In this document: piece after piece, positions 10,654-23,554 of the stretch | How the letters are laid out: each line of letters opens with the position of its first letter | How positions within the stretch are numbered: the stretch's first letter is position 1 | From: Eledone cirrhosa | Taxonomy: Eukaryota | Reading direction: 5' to 3' | NCBI GenBank assembly: GCA_964016885.1 | Contig: OZ024743.1 | Span: forward strand, 352,718,001-352,782,000 | Length of the DNA stretch: 64,000 bases | Made by a program: the position numbers and the translations under genes | The notes under the pieces: generated by a model | What the model was told of the DNA's origin: nothing | The model's database searches: none | What the model saw: the letters and a program-made list of their open reading frames with translations, nothing else

Positions 10654-10880
10654 CCTCATCATGTTCCCTCCTATTGTATTGTAATGTTTACGCCATTTTT
10701 ATTTTATCTTATTTATTTTTGTCTCCATCTCTGCGCATGTGTTTGCATGTGTGTATAATGTTTGGTGTGTGTGTTCACGTTTGAGTGCATGTGTTTTGGT
10801 TTTTGTATTCTATCTTTGTTTACTAGTGTGTGTTTATATGTGTTTGTGGTTATTGTACTTGTGTATATATATATATATAT

Positions 10881-11207
10881 ATGGAACAAGCCAAAGCTGA
10901 AGCATATAGACAATATGCCCCCATCCCCTCCCACTGCAAAGTGGTCGTGGAGATGTCATGACAAAAAAAGCACCCAGCCCACACTGTAAAGTGGTCGTGG
11001 AGGCGCCATGAAAAAAAAGCACCCTGCACTCACTGTAAATGAGAATGATGTTAGGCAGGGCATCCAGCTGTAGACATCAAGCCCAAATCAGTTCCCATAT
11101 GAGCAAGACAAGGTCACCCGACCTAACATTGCCCACAACAGGATAGCCCGTCTAACCTATGCTAGCGTGGAAGAATGGACATAAAAAGGTGGTGATGATG
11201 ATGATGA
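10881..11207 (+). mobile_element. RTE LINE 3' UTR fragment (same subfamily as 58124-58470)
   Basis: aagctgaagcatatagacaatatgc..., two minisatellite units and a (GAT)n tail. Confidence 0.8.
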
Positions 11208-11904
11208 CTCATCATCATCTTTGTTACCATATCAATTAAAAGATATGTATTTAAGGACAATTTATTCCACAACCACAATCAATAGACCCTTTAAAAGTAG
11301 ATGCCTATTTAAATGAAATTTTAAAGAGACATATTTTCAAAAATTAAGGATGTATTGATAAAATTTATTAATGTAAAAATGTCATTATATTACATAATTA
11401 TACAACATTTGTGACATTTGTTATTCATTATGATGAAAAAAAATTACCAAATTTACATTTAGCCAACTACAAACACAAATCAAAAGTATTCAGTAAGTGA
11501 AAGCATTAATGAATGGAACTATTCAATAATGGAAGTATTAAAATTAATTAAATTAATTAAACACTAATTAAAAAATAATGAATCTCTCTTTTAAAAGTTT
11601 AATCGAAACTTAAATCATAGAAAACATCTTGCTGCAAAATTTCACGAGAAAAAATATATTTTAAAGAAATATATGGGGAAACAAATTCAACTGGTAGACA
11701 CATACACACACACGCAGTTAATTATAGTTATGATTTGTTGTCTTAGCTTTTCATTTGTTAATTCTGTATGGAAATCATTCTTTGGTATGCTTTTTATTCG
11801 TCACCGAATTATGGAAAAGCATTTGTTACCACGATGTTCATTACCAAAAAGTTTACTGTGTATATATGCATGTGTGTGTGTGTGTGTGTGCGTGTTTATA
11901 TTTC

Positions 11905-12235
11905 TTACGCCCACATATTCTTGGGGTGGTCATGGGAGCAGAGTCTTCAGTCATGCCTTCCAGAGGGTCCCATTGGAAGCAACCATCATTAAATGATCCG
12001 ATCCGGCTTGATCCCACCAAGCTAGACCAACCAAGGTTATGGATGTTATCCAACCCTCTTGTTTGTGGTCTGCTTATGTGTCTCCTGCTGGTTGGCTTTG
12101 CCTGTAAAATCAGTCCTGTGCTTCTTTCTTTATACATTCTAACCACATGCCCGTAGTACCAGAGCCACATCCCTTGATGCAGAGAAGTAACAGCTTTACC
12201 TAGAGTGACTCTCTGATGTCTGAGCTATTTATTTA
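11905..12235 (-). mobile_element. RTE-clade LINE 3' end (second lineage), degenerate
   Basis: Translates to LWYYGHVVRM.KERSTGLILQAKPTSRR.ISRP.TR, a typical RTE ORF2 C-terminus. Paralogous to 15830-16240. Confidence 0.75.
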
Positions 12236-12653
12236 TTGAATAATTTCAATACAAACTGCAGTATGTTGTTATCTTACAATCAAATGAACACTAAAATAAG
12301 TTAAATTAAATAATATATAGAAGGCAAAGAATTTAACCATGACAAATTGTGAGGTAGTATATGAGAAAAAGAAGGATAATAAAGATGCTTATTAGAAGTT
12401 TTCTGTGAGAACTATTCAAGTTCCAATGGGCTTAGTTTATGAACTGAGAGAAAAACTGGGTATGTGAGAGCGGGACATAAATGTATGGGCATGTGATGCA
12501 TATGGAGGATAATGAATTCCATAAGAAGGTAATGAATTGCCAGGTGATTGAAGTGGAAGAAAACTAAAGAAGACTGAGGAAGATATTGGAAGAAGTGGTG
12601 AAGGCTGATCTTAACAGGTAGAATCTCATGAAGGAGATAAAGGACTACAACTG

Positions 12654-13770
12654 GTGAAATGCTGGAAACAACTGAAAATAATAAATTTTCATCATGTGAA
12701 CTTTGAGGTTGAGCACCCAGATACTACTGAATCCCTCTCTCTACTCAACTTTACACTAAGAGTCACAGAGGGGGAATCCATATACACAAAATTTTACAAG
12801 AGGGATGCCTGCAGTGACCTGCATGCTTATGCACCATGATTCTGCCTTTCCCTACAGAGCCAAAATGGCCTAAATACAGAATGAGATCTCCTGGTTAGAT
12901 GATGGAGGCAGCAAGGGTAACAACAAACATACCACTACAGTGGAATTCCAGAAAGTTCTCACCGAGAACAGCTACCTTAATTCTCTCACCAAACTCCAAA
13001 ATACCAAGGCAGCAATACGTAAAAGAACAAGGAGGACATGTGCCCCTCGAAGTAATTTATGCTACCTAAAGCTGCCACATTTCAATGAGAAGACAGCTGC
13101 TATCAGACAAGCCAACTGTAGAGATGGACTGAATATACAACTGGCACATTCAGGACCCTCATTGAGGAGACTGCTCCACGGGCACCGATCTACACACAAT
13201 GATATGTGCACATTTCCAAATTGTCCCATCAATAACGCAGAAGTGTGCATAAGAGTATATGTGAACTACAAAGTCACATGTAAAAAAATTTAGCTCCTCG
13301 TACATCGTAAATACCATCATATGGATCAAGGAATATATGATAATGAGAGCTTCTGTTAAAAAACATCTTGACAGATGCTGCGGCCATGTCACTGAGGTCA
13401 CTATAGAGGCAATGGAAAGGAATGTGGGTAATTTATGAATCAAAAAGGCCATAATCATCAACAAGAAAAAAACAAAACACAGATAGATAATATATTGAAA
13501 ATGCACTAAGCAGATTAGCTACTATAAAGACGTCTCGCATGTTTATTTCAGACGCAGGCCAGTTAAGGAAGAATATATCAATTGTTTGTTTTTGTTTTGA
13601 ACCGTTTTTGCTTCACATTGGAAAAGTGGGTTATAGCCCTGAAATATCATGTTGAAATATACTGGGTAAAATATTACTTTATTTTTTGTTTTATTTATCA
13701 TTCTTTGCCCTTTATATATTTTTATTGCATTGTACTGGCTTTTTAAAACATATCAGTCTTTTATTACTAA
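12654..13770 (+). mobile_element. Penelope-like element remnant: RT C-terminus plus GIY-YIG endonuclease, then AT-rich pLTR
   Basis: Frames give VNFEVEHP..SLSLLNFTL..TKFYKR, YLKLPHF, C.FPNCPI..C..YV.YKVTCKK..YI and IKKAIII. Stops and frameshifts present. Degenerate HHR trace near 13617-13652. Confidence 0.75.
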
Positions 13771-13895
13771 ATCATGTTTCATTGTTGGTTGTGCAGTTAA
13801 GAGGTTTGCTTAGCACCTTGTGCAAATATCTTCTACTGTAGCCTCAAACTAACCAATGCCTTGTCAGTGAAATTGGTAAATGGAAACTATGTGGA

Positions 13896-13941
<46 letters not shown>

Positions 13942-14348
13942 ACATGCAAGAGAGAAAGAGAGAGAATTTGTGTGCATGTTTGTTTCTGCATGTCTATGCA
14001 TTCACTTTCATTGGGCAGGCAGTTATATTTATGTCTTACGCTACCTATATGGCATACAGCATGTGAAGTTCAATGGAATAAATAAATTGCTTAAAAAAAC
14101 ATGGAATGGCATCAGAAAGGTCATCTAGCCATAGAATATTGCCTCAAAAATTCTTGTCCAGCATATGCTAGCATGGAAAGCAGATATATAAATGATGATG
14201 AAGGTGATGGTAGTGATGATGACAATGATGATGATGATATTTCTATTTCAAACCACCAACAACAAAAATCTTACTATTTACCTTCTTGATGTTCTTATTT
14301 TCTATTTAGTGTTTTCATGATTGATGATGATGTAGTTATGGTGGTGCT

Positions 14349-14351
14349 GCT

Positions 14352-14417
<66 letters not shown>
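14349..14417. repeat. (CAG)n(TAG)n microsatellite
   Basis: Direct reading. Confidence 0.95.
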
Positions 14418-14418
<1 letters not shown>

Positions 14419-15829
14419 AAAAAAGAAGGGAGAAGATGAGGGAAGGGAAAACAAATGAAAAAAAGAAAATGGATAATGTTGGTGCTTTTTTACTGTGGAG
14501 AAGTGCTCACCTATCCTCCCTGCCATCCAGTTTTGGAGGTAGCAACAGTAGTGTTAATGATAAATGATGACACACCAATGTTGATAGTGATTGTAGTGTA
14601 GTTATGAGGGATAGTGAAAACAGAGTACTGGTGTTGTTAAAAATGATGGTACATGAGAATTGCCATAAACCATTTTCATTTACTTACTGTTAGGCTAGAA
14701 CCATTGTAGCTTCTAGTTTCTCCCTATTTTAAATGGCTTGTACAAGACAGTATATTACAGCTTCACCTTTCTATTTGTATGTGCTAAATCAACATGACAG
14801 CAATGTGAAAAGCTAGTTACATCTAACACAACAGTAGGTGAATTATCCCTTTTGTTTCACACAAAACGGCAATCACAACAGATATAAAGTTGAAGGAACA
14901 TTACATGATTTACAACACCCAAATATTCACAAGTATTATTTTCATGCAAACTTCAAGAATAGTAGAACGTCTGTATAAAGGCACCGTTCCAAATGTGATT
15001 GAAGATTGTCTGAAAACGTCAGTTGAAGGTAATGTAGAAAATGGCTAGATTATTTGCAGCAAAAATAGTAAGTACAAGATAAACAACCAAATACCACCAA
15101 CTAGACACAATTGCCAAATGGTAGCTTCATGAACCAACAACCAAAAACAAAATTATAAACTAAACACCTGCTTTTTGACTGACAGGCTACAACTGGAGAA
15201 TGTATGACCTGCATTCCACAATAATAAAATTCCACCTGTGTGTGTGAGTGTGCGTGCGTGTATGTCTGTGTACATAATTTATAATAAAAATATTTTATAA
15301 AATGAAAAATTCCGTTCCAACAAAATTTGAATTCAGAATCAGTTAATTTCTTCTTCTTTTTTAAAGGAACTTATACAGAAATACAATATGTTCACTAACA
15401 TTTTTAGTAAGGTTGACCTGAGTTTCAAGGAAATAATGATTTGGCATGCTCTGATAAGCTATTTTCCAAGCAGATCATATTTCTCAACAGGATAGAACAT
15501 CAAATAGAACACTTTATTGCAAATAGCTCCTGTGGAGGAACAGCAAAGATATCATAACAAAAAGATTGCATGAGAAAATAAATCTGACTGAAGCAATTGA
15601 AATCATAAATTTAAAATCCTTACTTATCCAATAGAAAGCCCCACAGTCATTATCATCCCTACCATGCTCAATATGATATCAATACAACATCAATGTCTCT
15701 AATACCAGCATGGTGTAGACTTCCAACATTATTTAAGAATCCACACATATAAATTCCAAAATTATTCTTGTTAATCCTATTGAGACCATATTCCTAACAT
15801 AAATATACTGCCTTTGTGTTGTTTCTTCT

Positions 15830-16240
15830 TCTTCCTTACCCACTTATTCCTGGGAGGTCATGGGGAAAGAATCTTCAAACATTCATTCCAGCGGATCATG
15901 TCAGAAGCAGCTGTTTCCAATTGAGACCAGCCAAGCCGGATCTACTCCTGGGTCCTCTGCCTGTTCGTTTTGCTTGTAAAATCTCTCCAGCGATTCTTCC
16001 CTTAGACATTCTAACCACATGCCCATAGTAGCGGAGCTGTGATCTTTCAATTAAGAGTAGTCGCTCTACCTGGAGTGATTCTCTGATCTCCAAGCTATGT
16101 ACTCTATTGAGTAACATTACTCCAAAGACCCTTCAGAGGAACCCCATTTTGTCTGCTTGTTTTCATGATCGTATTCTTTCGGTCATTACCCAAGATTCAT
16201 GACCATAGGTATGGGTTGGTATTAAAGATAGCAAGTTTGG
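15830..16240 (-). mobile_element. RTE-clade LINE 3' fragment (second lineage)
   Basis: TYGHESWVMTER..., then IRESLQVERLLLIERSQLRYYGHVVRM...GRGPR. Confidence 0.8.
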
Positions 16241-19200
16241 CTATTACACCTACGTCCTTTCTTCTGATTACCGAATGCCAAAGCTGGCACATTACTGTAC
16301 CAGCTCTGCAATTCCATCACTTATGAACATGGCCATTAGATATTTAAACTACTTCACCTGCTTCAGTGGAACTCCACTCACATGCATTCTTATTATCAAA
16401 ATAATCAAGAATTATGAAAGATTTAGTGAAATATACATCATCATCATTATTTTTACATCAACTTTTCCCTGCTGGCCTAGGCTGGACAGGACTTTTTGAT
16501 GTAATGTTTTACTACTGGATGCCCTTCCTGACACAAACCCTTTTAGTTGCTTCTTATGACACACAGGAATACAATGTATATTTTCTAAACTGGATATACA
16601 ATTAAGTATAGTAAATATCTTAACTATCAAATATGACAACAAATGAATCCAATTATCAAAACAAATATATAGATGTTATAAAAATGGTTCAAGACAATGT
16701 ATTATGGCAGACATTACTGAGTAGTTAAGAAGTTTACTTCACAACTACATGGTCCCCCATTCAATCCCATTGCATTATATACCTACACACATACATGTGT
16801 GTAGTTTTACCAATCTATAGTGGCAGAGGATGTAAACATTATTGAGAAAGCAGATTAACTGATGCTTTTGAAATACAATTCCTTGAGGTTTTTGTGTCTA
16901 AAGTGCTGCCTGGTGCTTACTGTCTACAACATTTTTACACCCCATCCTAAACTGACTGAACAAGCAAACAAAAGAAACTTCATGTTTGATAATATTGATG
17001 GCTTAATTAGAAGAAGCCCAATGGTCATAGCCATTTTCAAAAACTCTGAGACATGTGGGAAGAAAAGAGGTTATTCTCAGACAGAAGAGCTAGCTTGAAT
17101 GCTGCCTGTAGTGGTGGTAGACCAGACAGTGGATTGGGTTAACCATTCAAGAATATGTATGGTTTCTTTCATGGGTTTCCACAATGTTTACAAATTTTAT
17201 TCACAAGACTTTGATCATCTAGCTGTACAACAGAAACCAACACAAAAGTACATGTAACCAATATTTAGTTCTAGTTTCTCAAGATCCTATCTTATCTGTC
17301 TGGGGTACTTGTCAAACAATTATTCTTTAGCTAAGAAAACACAGGAAAGTAAAATCTTGTTCTAGGACACAACTCACCAACACAAACACAAACACAAATT
17401 CACAACCACTGTTTCAGTTGTTTATCCCAAAGCCAAGCCTGATCTAGCAGACCTATGATTAAAAGTGTACCAGTCATGAACATAACAACTTTTTAGTGGT
17501 ATCTAAGATTATATTATTGAATACAGAAAATAATGGTTTCTAGAAGACTACAGCAATATAAATAGAACGTTAAATGTTAAAAAATAATGATAACAAAGTT
17601 GTAGGAATGATACCTTGGAGGTGTATAATTAGTCCTTAATATATCAGGATAAAATTCCTTCATCAAAAGAAGAGTTAAGGAAACTAAGTCAGAACAGGAT
17701 ACTCTGTGTTGTTCTTATGCTGACATTTTAAAATCAGATTTTAAAATGCCATCATAAGAATCAAGTTTCCATAACTCATATTTTGACAAAAGAATTTTAT
17801 TCTGAACTATTGAGGACCAATTAAACATCCCCAAGGAAACATTCCCCAACTTAGTGATATTTTTAACATTTAATGTCCTATTTGCATTGTTGTAGCCCTC
17901 TAAAAATGCCCCCAAACCCCCCACTATTTTCTACACTTTCCACAATGCAAACTACAACACTCTATTATTGAATGTCCCTCTCTTGCTAAATATGGTAAAA
18001 TTTGCGATCTGGCTGCTATTTCAATGAGATTGAGCAACAGCATACAACACAGGTTAGAAACCATTTTAGTGCCAGGGACAATTTGTAAATGCATAAGAAT
18101 CTGTAGTGTATGCATACATTCTGAAAAAATAATAAATGTTTAATATATAAGCTGTATTAAATTACTGTTTTGCTCTTAAAACTAAAATCATTTTTATCAT
18201 GTGGGTTTGCAGGACTTTAATTTGAATGTAGGCAAAATTTCACACATGGTTGAAGAGTTACAAATCCCTAGCATACAGGATATGTCATGGCTAAGTAATC
18301 CAATAACATTGCCATTTTGCCTTAGTTATTGAATGCAAATATAATTTTCAAATTAATATATATTTAATTATTTTTTAAACATGTAAAAAAAATATGATAG
18401 CAGTTATGTTTACACATTTTGGCAGGAAACTTCTAGAGGATATTAAAAGATTGCTGAGATATTTATATTTATTTCTGTTGGGAAAATAGACTGTTTGATA
18501 CCAAGAGATAACTATTAGTAAGTAGAATATTTAAAAAGTCATTAATATCAACCAATATCATAACATTATTGAAGAATGAAAGAGCTTCATATTTAATATA
18601 TATATATATGTATATATATATACACACACACAACACATACATATATACACATGCATACATACACATACATATATAACAACTTCAAAGCCATTGGGTAGAC
18701 ATCATAGAAATTTAATGTAGCAATGTGAAACATTAGACATAGTCACTCATACTATTACCAACTCCCTGGCTCTCTCCCTCCCACTTACTTATCTCCTAAG
18801 AAGCTCATTTTGAAGGTAGGAGAAAACTATGCACTCAAAGTAATAGAAGTACCACAGATAGTGTTGTACATGGCCAGATGTTGAAAACACTCATGTCTTT
18901 AAATATTTCTAAGTTGAAACCTTAGCACTGGTCTTGTTTCCTTTTCATCTCTTTCTATGAATTAATAATACAGTGGAATAATCAAATAATTCAGTTTAAA
19001 CATTTCCTTCATATAAAACGACACAAGAGTGGAAGGAGTGTATCTAGTCAAAGAAATAATTATCAAATATCATACATGAGGACATCCACCACTCTTACCA
19101 TCATCATTTTTGTCATGCTTCTATGGGTAGGAGAGGTCTTCTCTAACATAGTATCTCAACATGTTGCAGCCTTTTGACGTGACCTTCATTAGATTCAAAC

Positions 19201-19423
19201 TATTGAAATCAACTTTCTCCTTTTTTTCATGTTTCCATTATTTTCCTCTTCCTCGGGTTCCTTCAATTTGGATCACTTGGTACTTCTTTACCCAATAGCC
19301 ATCCAAAGAAGCTAGTGATATTCTGCATTGGCAAATAATACAGAGTTCAAATGTTGGATTAAAATATATTCCACCTGTTTTAACTATTTACAAGAGAATT
19401 GGGGAGCTGAGAATATATATAAA

Positions 19424-20379
19424 TGAGACATGGGCATTGTGTGCAGAGGACCTGCGCAGACTGGAAAGGAACGGAGCTTGCATGCTCCGTTGGATGTGTA
19501 ATAATAATATTCACAAACAGCAAAACATAAATGAACTAAGTGAGAAATTAGGAATAATAGGGATCAGATGCTGTTTACTTGAGAGAAGACTATGTTGGTA
19601 TGGTCACGTGATGCGCATGAAAGACGACAGCTGTATAAAAAAGTGCAGGGCGATCAAAATTGATGGAAGTTACCTGGGCGATCAAAATTGATGGAAGTTA
19701 CCTGGGCGATCAAAATTGATGGAAGTTACCTGGGCGATCAAAATTGATGGAAGTTACCTGGGACGATTTGATAAATTCCGACCTTACACACTTGCACCAC
19801 TCTAAGACAATGTCACTGGACCAAGATCTTTGGCGCCATGCAGTAATAGTAATACAGAAGACCCGCCTTGCCTATGTACAAAGCGAAACCTACAGTGAGT
19901 AGGCACCTCTTAACCAAATATACACCTCAATCCACTACCCCTACTCTATCCTCCCACTCCCACCAACACCACTCTGTAAAGTTATGTTGGTACCACAACA
20001 TCCAGTCCAAACTAAAGAGGTTGTGTAGGTGTCACGACAAAAAAACACAGTCCACGCTGTAACGTGGCCGTGTAGGTAACACGGTAAAAAGTTCCCAGTC
20101 CACACTGTAAATGTGGTTGGTGTTAGGAAGGGCATCCAGCTGTAGAAAACCTGCCAGACAGTCCACGCTGTAATGTGGCCGTGTAGGTAACACGGTAAAA
20201 AGCTCCCAGTCCACACTGTAAATGTGGTTGGTGTTAGGAAGGGCATCCAGCTGTAGAAAACCTGCCAGATAGTCCTATACGAGCGAGACACAGTCACCCG
20301 ACCAATCTTGCCTCAAGTGGGACAATTCCCGTCTAACCCATGCTAGCGTGGAAGATAGACATTAAACGATGATGATGAT
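19424..20379 (+). mobile_element. RTE LINE 3' fragment with internal 28-bp x4 and ~110-bp x2 tandem duplications
   Basis: ETWALCAEDLRRLERN..MLRWMC..LCWYGHVMRMKDDSCIKKC. 3' UTR with (GAT)n tail. Confidence 0.9.
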
Positions 20380-20586
20380 ATCTCTCAATAACACCGATAT
20401 GACAACAGATGCAGGTTATTTACTTAAAAGATAGACAGCATGACAGATACATAGTTTGATTCTCTCTTGACTACACATAACTCCAAACATTGAAACCAAG
20501 AAAGTAGGTGGTTGAAATTGAACCTGCATTGGCTAATTAAAATAGAAAGAAAAAGTCAGACAAAGAGACATTATATATAAATATAA

Positions 20587-20777
20587 GGGCGGTGAATTGG
20601 CTGTATCGGTAGAGGGTCGGACGCCATGCTTTGACGCATAGAGTTACGGCCCTTGCCATTCTGAGTTCAAATCCCGCCGAGGTTAACTTTGCCTTTCATC
20701 TTTACGAGGGTCGATAAAATAAAGTACCAGTAATGCACTGGGATAATTACTGGCCTTGTGCCAATAGTAGAAACAAT
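20587..20777 (+). mobile_element. SINE family A, full length
   Basis: gggcggtgaattggc head with A- and B-boxes, core and tail. Confidence 0.9.
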
Positions 20778-21120
20778 AAATATGTCTGTTTGGATATATG
20801 TATGAATGGATTGGAAGGAAGGAAGGAAGAAAGGAAGGAAAGAAGGAAGGAAAGAAAGAAGGAAAGAAAGACATATAGATATATTTCTTTATTAGCCACA
20901 GGGGCACAAAAGAAGGGGACAAATACAAAGGGGGAAGTTTACATACAATAAAAACGTGTAAAATGTTATCACAGATGGAATTTAAAAGTTAGTCGATTTT
21001 CCCCAATAGAGGGAGACAGTTTATATGGGTAACACATACCCCCGAAAAAAATGTGCAACCCTCATCTCCAGGAGTACGAAGAGCTTGTACTCCTTTCCTC
21101 TCCTCCTCCTTTTCCTCAAT

Positions 21121-23262
21121 CTACAGGCTGATATAGAGAGAAGGCCCATTCACTCGGGCCATTCTCGCCACTTTCACCCACCTTTCATAAAACTTGCTGG
21201 GGTACAGCACCTCTCTCTCCATCCTGATTCTTCTTCCAAAGTGGTATTTGAAAAAAAGAATCAGTTGTTGGCCGGAGAGAAAGGTGTCTGACCTCAGCCC
21301 TTTCAACCTTGTCCACCATACAACCTCTTTCGCCATAGCTATCACACAAAGGAAAACCGCCTCTCCTTCGTTTTTGAAGGAGGGTGGCGGTTTGATCATG
21401 ACAATGGACTCGGTGGTCAACTGGATTGGTCCCACCCGCGACAATAGTCGTTCTACATATCCCCACAGGTCAGTGACGCCCGGGCAGTGTATGAATGCGT
21501 GCGCGACGGTTTCTTCGTCTCGCACGCACCTCGGACAGATCTTTTTTGCAGGGTCCCTGCCCGGGCGCCCATGTCTGTAGAGCTTGTCTCGAACTGGTAG
21601 AGCTCCTCGGTAGCACTGCCAGGCCAGGGACTTTTGGAAGTTGTCCATCGGTCCCGGGCGGAAGGTCCTACCGAACAGACTGGCCAGTTCATCTTCCTCC
21701 ACGCCCAGAGTTTCACCGAGCGCGTCGTCGCACTTGCTGCGGACCAACCCTCTATAGAATGACGAAGTGGAGTCTCCACTGATCGCCGGGTCCGCCTGCC
21801 AGAGGGCTGTGAGCGCCTGAGCACATTCGATGTGCCAGTCGCCCATTTTCCTCGGTCTCTGCTTGACCCAGGACTGCAGCTCGGTCAGTGAGACGAGTCG
21901 TGGGAAGGCTCGCCTCACGAACGGGGCCCACACCGGTTGTCCGGTGAGGAATACGTAGAGATGCCGCAGCCTGAGCGCGTGTTTGCGCATCGTCAACCAC
22001 GGCATCCCCAGCCCTCCGTTAGAAGGGTGTTGGCAGCAGATGGATCTTCTTACCAAAGGAGCCCGCCTCTTCCAAAGGAATCGGAAGAGGGCGCGCTCCA
22101 TTTTGGCGAGCGTTTTGGCTGGACAAGGCACGACGGTCAAGCGGTAGTAGATGGCGGACGCTATAAAAGTGTTCGCCACCTCCGCTCGACCTTTCAAGGA
22201 TAGTTTGCACTCGGCCCACTTCTGGGTGAGTGCAAACACCTTGGCCGTCACTTCGTTCCAGTTCTTCTCCACCTGGAGGTCCGGACCAAACCAGACCCCG
22301 AGCAGCTTTACCGGTCCTTCCGTCCAGCGTCCGACGACGCCATCGGAAGGCATCGGTCTGCCTCTCCACGATCCGAGTTGCAAACCGATGGACTTGTCCC
22401 GGTTCAGCTTCGCTCCTGTGAGACTTTCGTATTCCTTTAGTAAGGTGCCGACTTTCTCGATTTGCGAGGCGCTCGACACCATTACTGTCACGTCGTCGGC
22501 GTAGGCCGACGCCGCTTTCCGCAGTCCCGGTTCCAGAGGGATGCCCTGCAATAGCTCCAGCTTCCGCAGTAGTGGCTCGAGAGTCAGTACGTACAGAAGG
22601 GAGGAGAGAGGGCATCCCTGTCGAATGGATCGCGTAATATGGAACGGCTCCGAGAGGTAACCGTTCACCTTGACCCTTGAGCAGATGTTGCTGTTGTGCA
22701 TTGCAGCAATCCAGCCCCTGAACACGGGTCCGAAGCCTGCCGCCTCGAGCACCGCATCCAGGTAACGATGGTCAACCCTATCGAAAGCCTTAGACTGATC
22801 CAAGTTGATCAGGGCCCCACCGAAGCCGGGTTTACACCCTACCCTCTCTATGATGTATCGCATGAGGTGGAGGTTGTCGTGTATGGACCTGGTCGGGATC
22901 GCGCATGTCTGCGCTTCTCCCACCAGGTTCTCGACGACAAGCGCCAGCCTCTTTGCCAACACCTTGGCCAAAATCTGTAACTCTGTGTTTAGCAGAGTTA
23001 TGGGCCGGAAGTTGCCTATGTCATCCCCCTTATTCTCGTCCTTCCTGATTAGTGTGACCACGCCCCCGGTTACAGAATTGGGAATTCTCCCGTTCTGTTG
23101 CCAGTTGCAGTAGACCGCTTCCAGGAGACCGGAGAATAAGTCCGGCATTGCTACGTAAAATTCGTAGGGTAGACCGTCGAGACCTGGAGATTTGCGTTTG
23201 CCGCATTGGCTCAGCGCGTCCCCTATCTCAGTGGCTGAAATCGGCTTTTCGCAGAACTTCGC
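21121..23262 (-). CDS. L1/Tx1 ORF2 3' part: RT plus C-terminal CCHC zinc knuckle (open, 5'-truncated)
   Basis: KSPGLDGLPYEFY (upstream of the track Met), NFRPITLLN, LDQSKAFDRV, RQGCPLS, AYADD, KLLGV, GGLG, CPRC..ETVAHAFIHC. Confidence 0.93.
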   Translation of the reverse strand, partial: AKFCEKPISATEIGDALSQCGKRKSPGLDGLPYEFYVAMPDLFSGLLEAVYCNWQQNGRIPNSVTGGVVTLIRKDENKGDDIGNFRPITLLNTELQILAKVLAKRLALVVENLVGEAQTCAIPTRSIHDNLHLMRYIIERVGCKPGFGGALINLDQSKAFDRVDHRYLDAVLEAAGFGPVFRGWIAAMHNSNICSRVKVNGYLSEPFHITRSIRQGCPLSSLLYVLTLEPLLRKLELLQGIPLEPGLRKAASAYADDVTVMVSSASQIEKVGTLLKEYESLTGAKLNRDKSIGLQLGSWRGRPMPSDGVVGRWTEGPVKLLGVWFGPDLQVEKNWNEVTAKVFALTQKWAECKLSLKGRAEVANTFIASAIYYRLTVVPCPAKTLAKMERALFRFLWKRRAPLVRRSICCQHPSNGGLGMPWLTMRKHALRLRHLYVFLTGQPVWAPFVRRAFPRLVSLTELQSWVKQRPRKMGDWHIECAQALTALWQADPAISGDSTSSFYRGLVRSKCDDALGETLGVEEDELASLFGRTFRPGPMDNFQKSLAWQCYRGALPVRDKLYRHGRPGRDPAKKICPRCVRDEETVAHAFIHCPGVTDLWGYVERLLSRVGPIQLTTESIVMIKPPPSFKNEGEAVFLCVIAMAKEVVWWTRLKGLRSDTFLSGQQLILFFKYHFGRRIRMEREVLYPSKFYERWVKVARMARVNGPSLYISL

Positions 23263-23265
23263 CTT

Positions 23266-23521
23266 GATTAGGGTCCCTATACAAACTTATAGGTCCCTAA
23301 AAGAAACATTTGAGAAGGATGTGGGGAATTCCTGCGTGAAACCACTCAACCGCGTCCTTCTCAAATGCCTCCCCACCCCAGACACCCCCATCCCACCAGA
23401 CTCCACCCCACCAAACATCTGCGTCCCCACCCCGCCGGAAACCACCACCCATCCAGACAGCCCCTCCAACACCCCCATGGAAATCGTGTGGCCTGGTCCC
23501 CAGGAGGCGAAGGGTGAGTGA
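23266..23521 (+). CDS. Probable ORF1 C-terminus (Pro/Thr-rich) of the inverted L1/Tx1 segment
   Basis: Open frame ending in TGA 33 nt before the ORF2 ATG. Assigned from position. Confidence 0.55.
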
Positions 23522-23554
23522 TCTCTTTTCCTCTTTTAACTTTTCAGCACCAAC

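Noticed and set aside
21185-23113. Multiple alternative-frame and antisense ORFs
   Set aside because: They are shadows of the GC-rich LINE ORF2.
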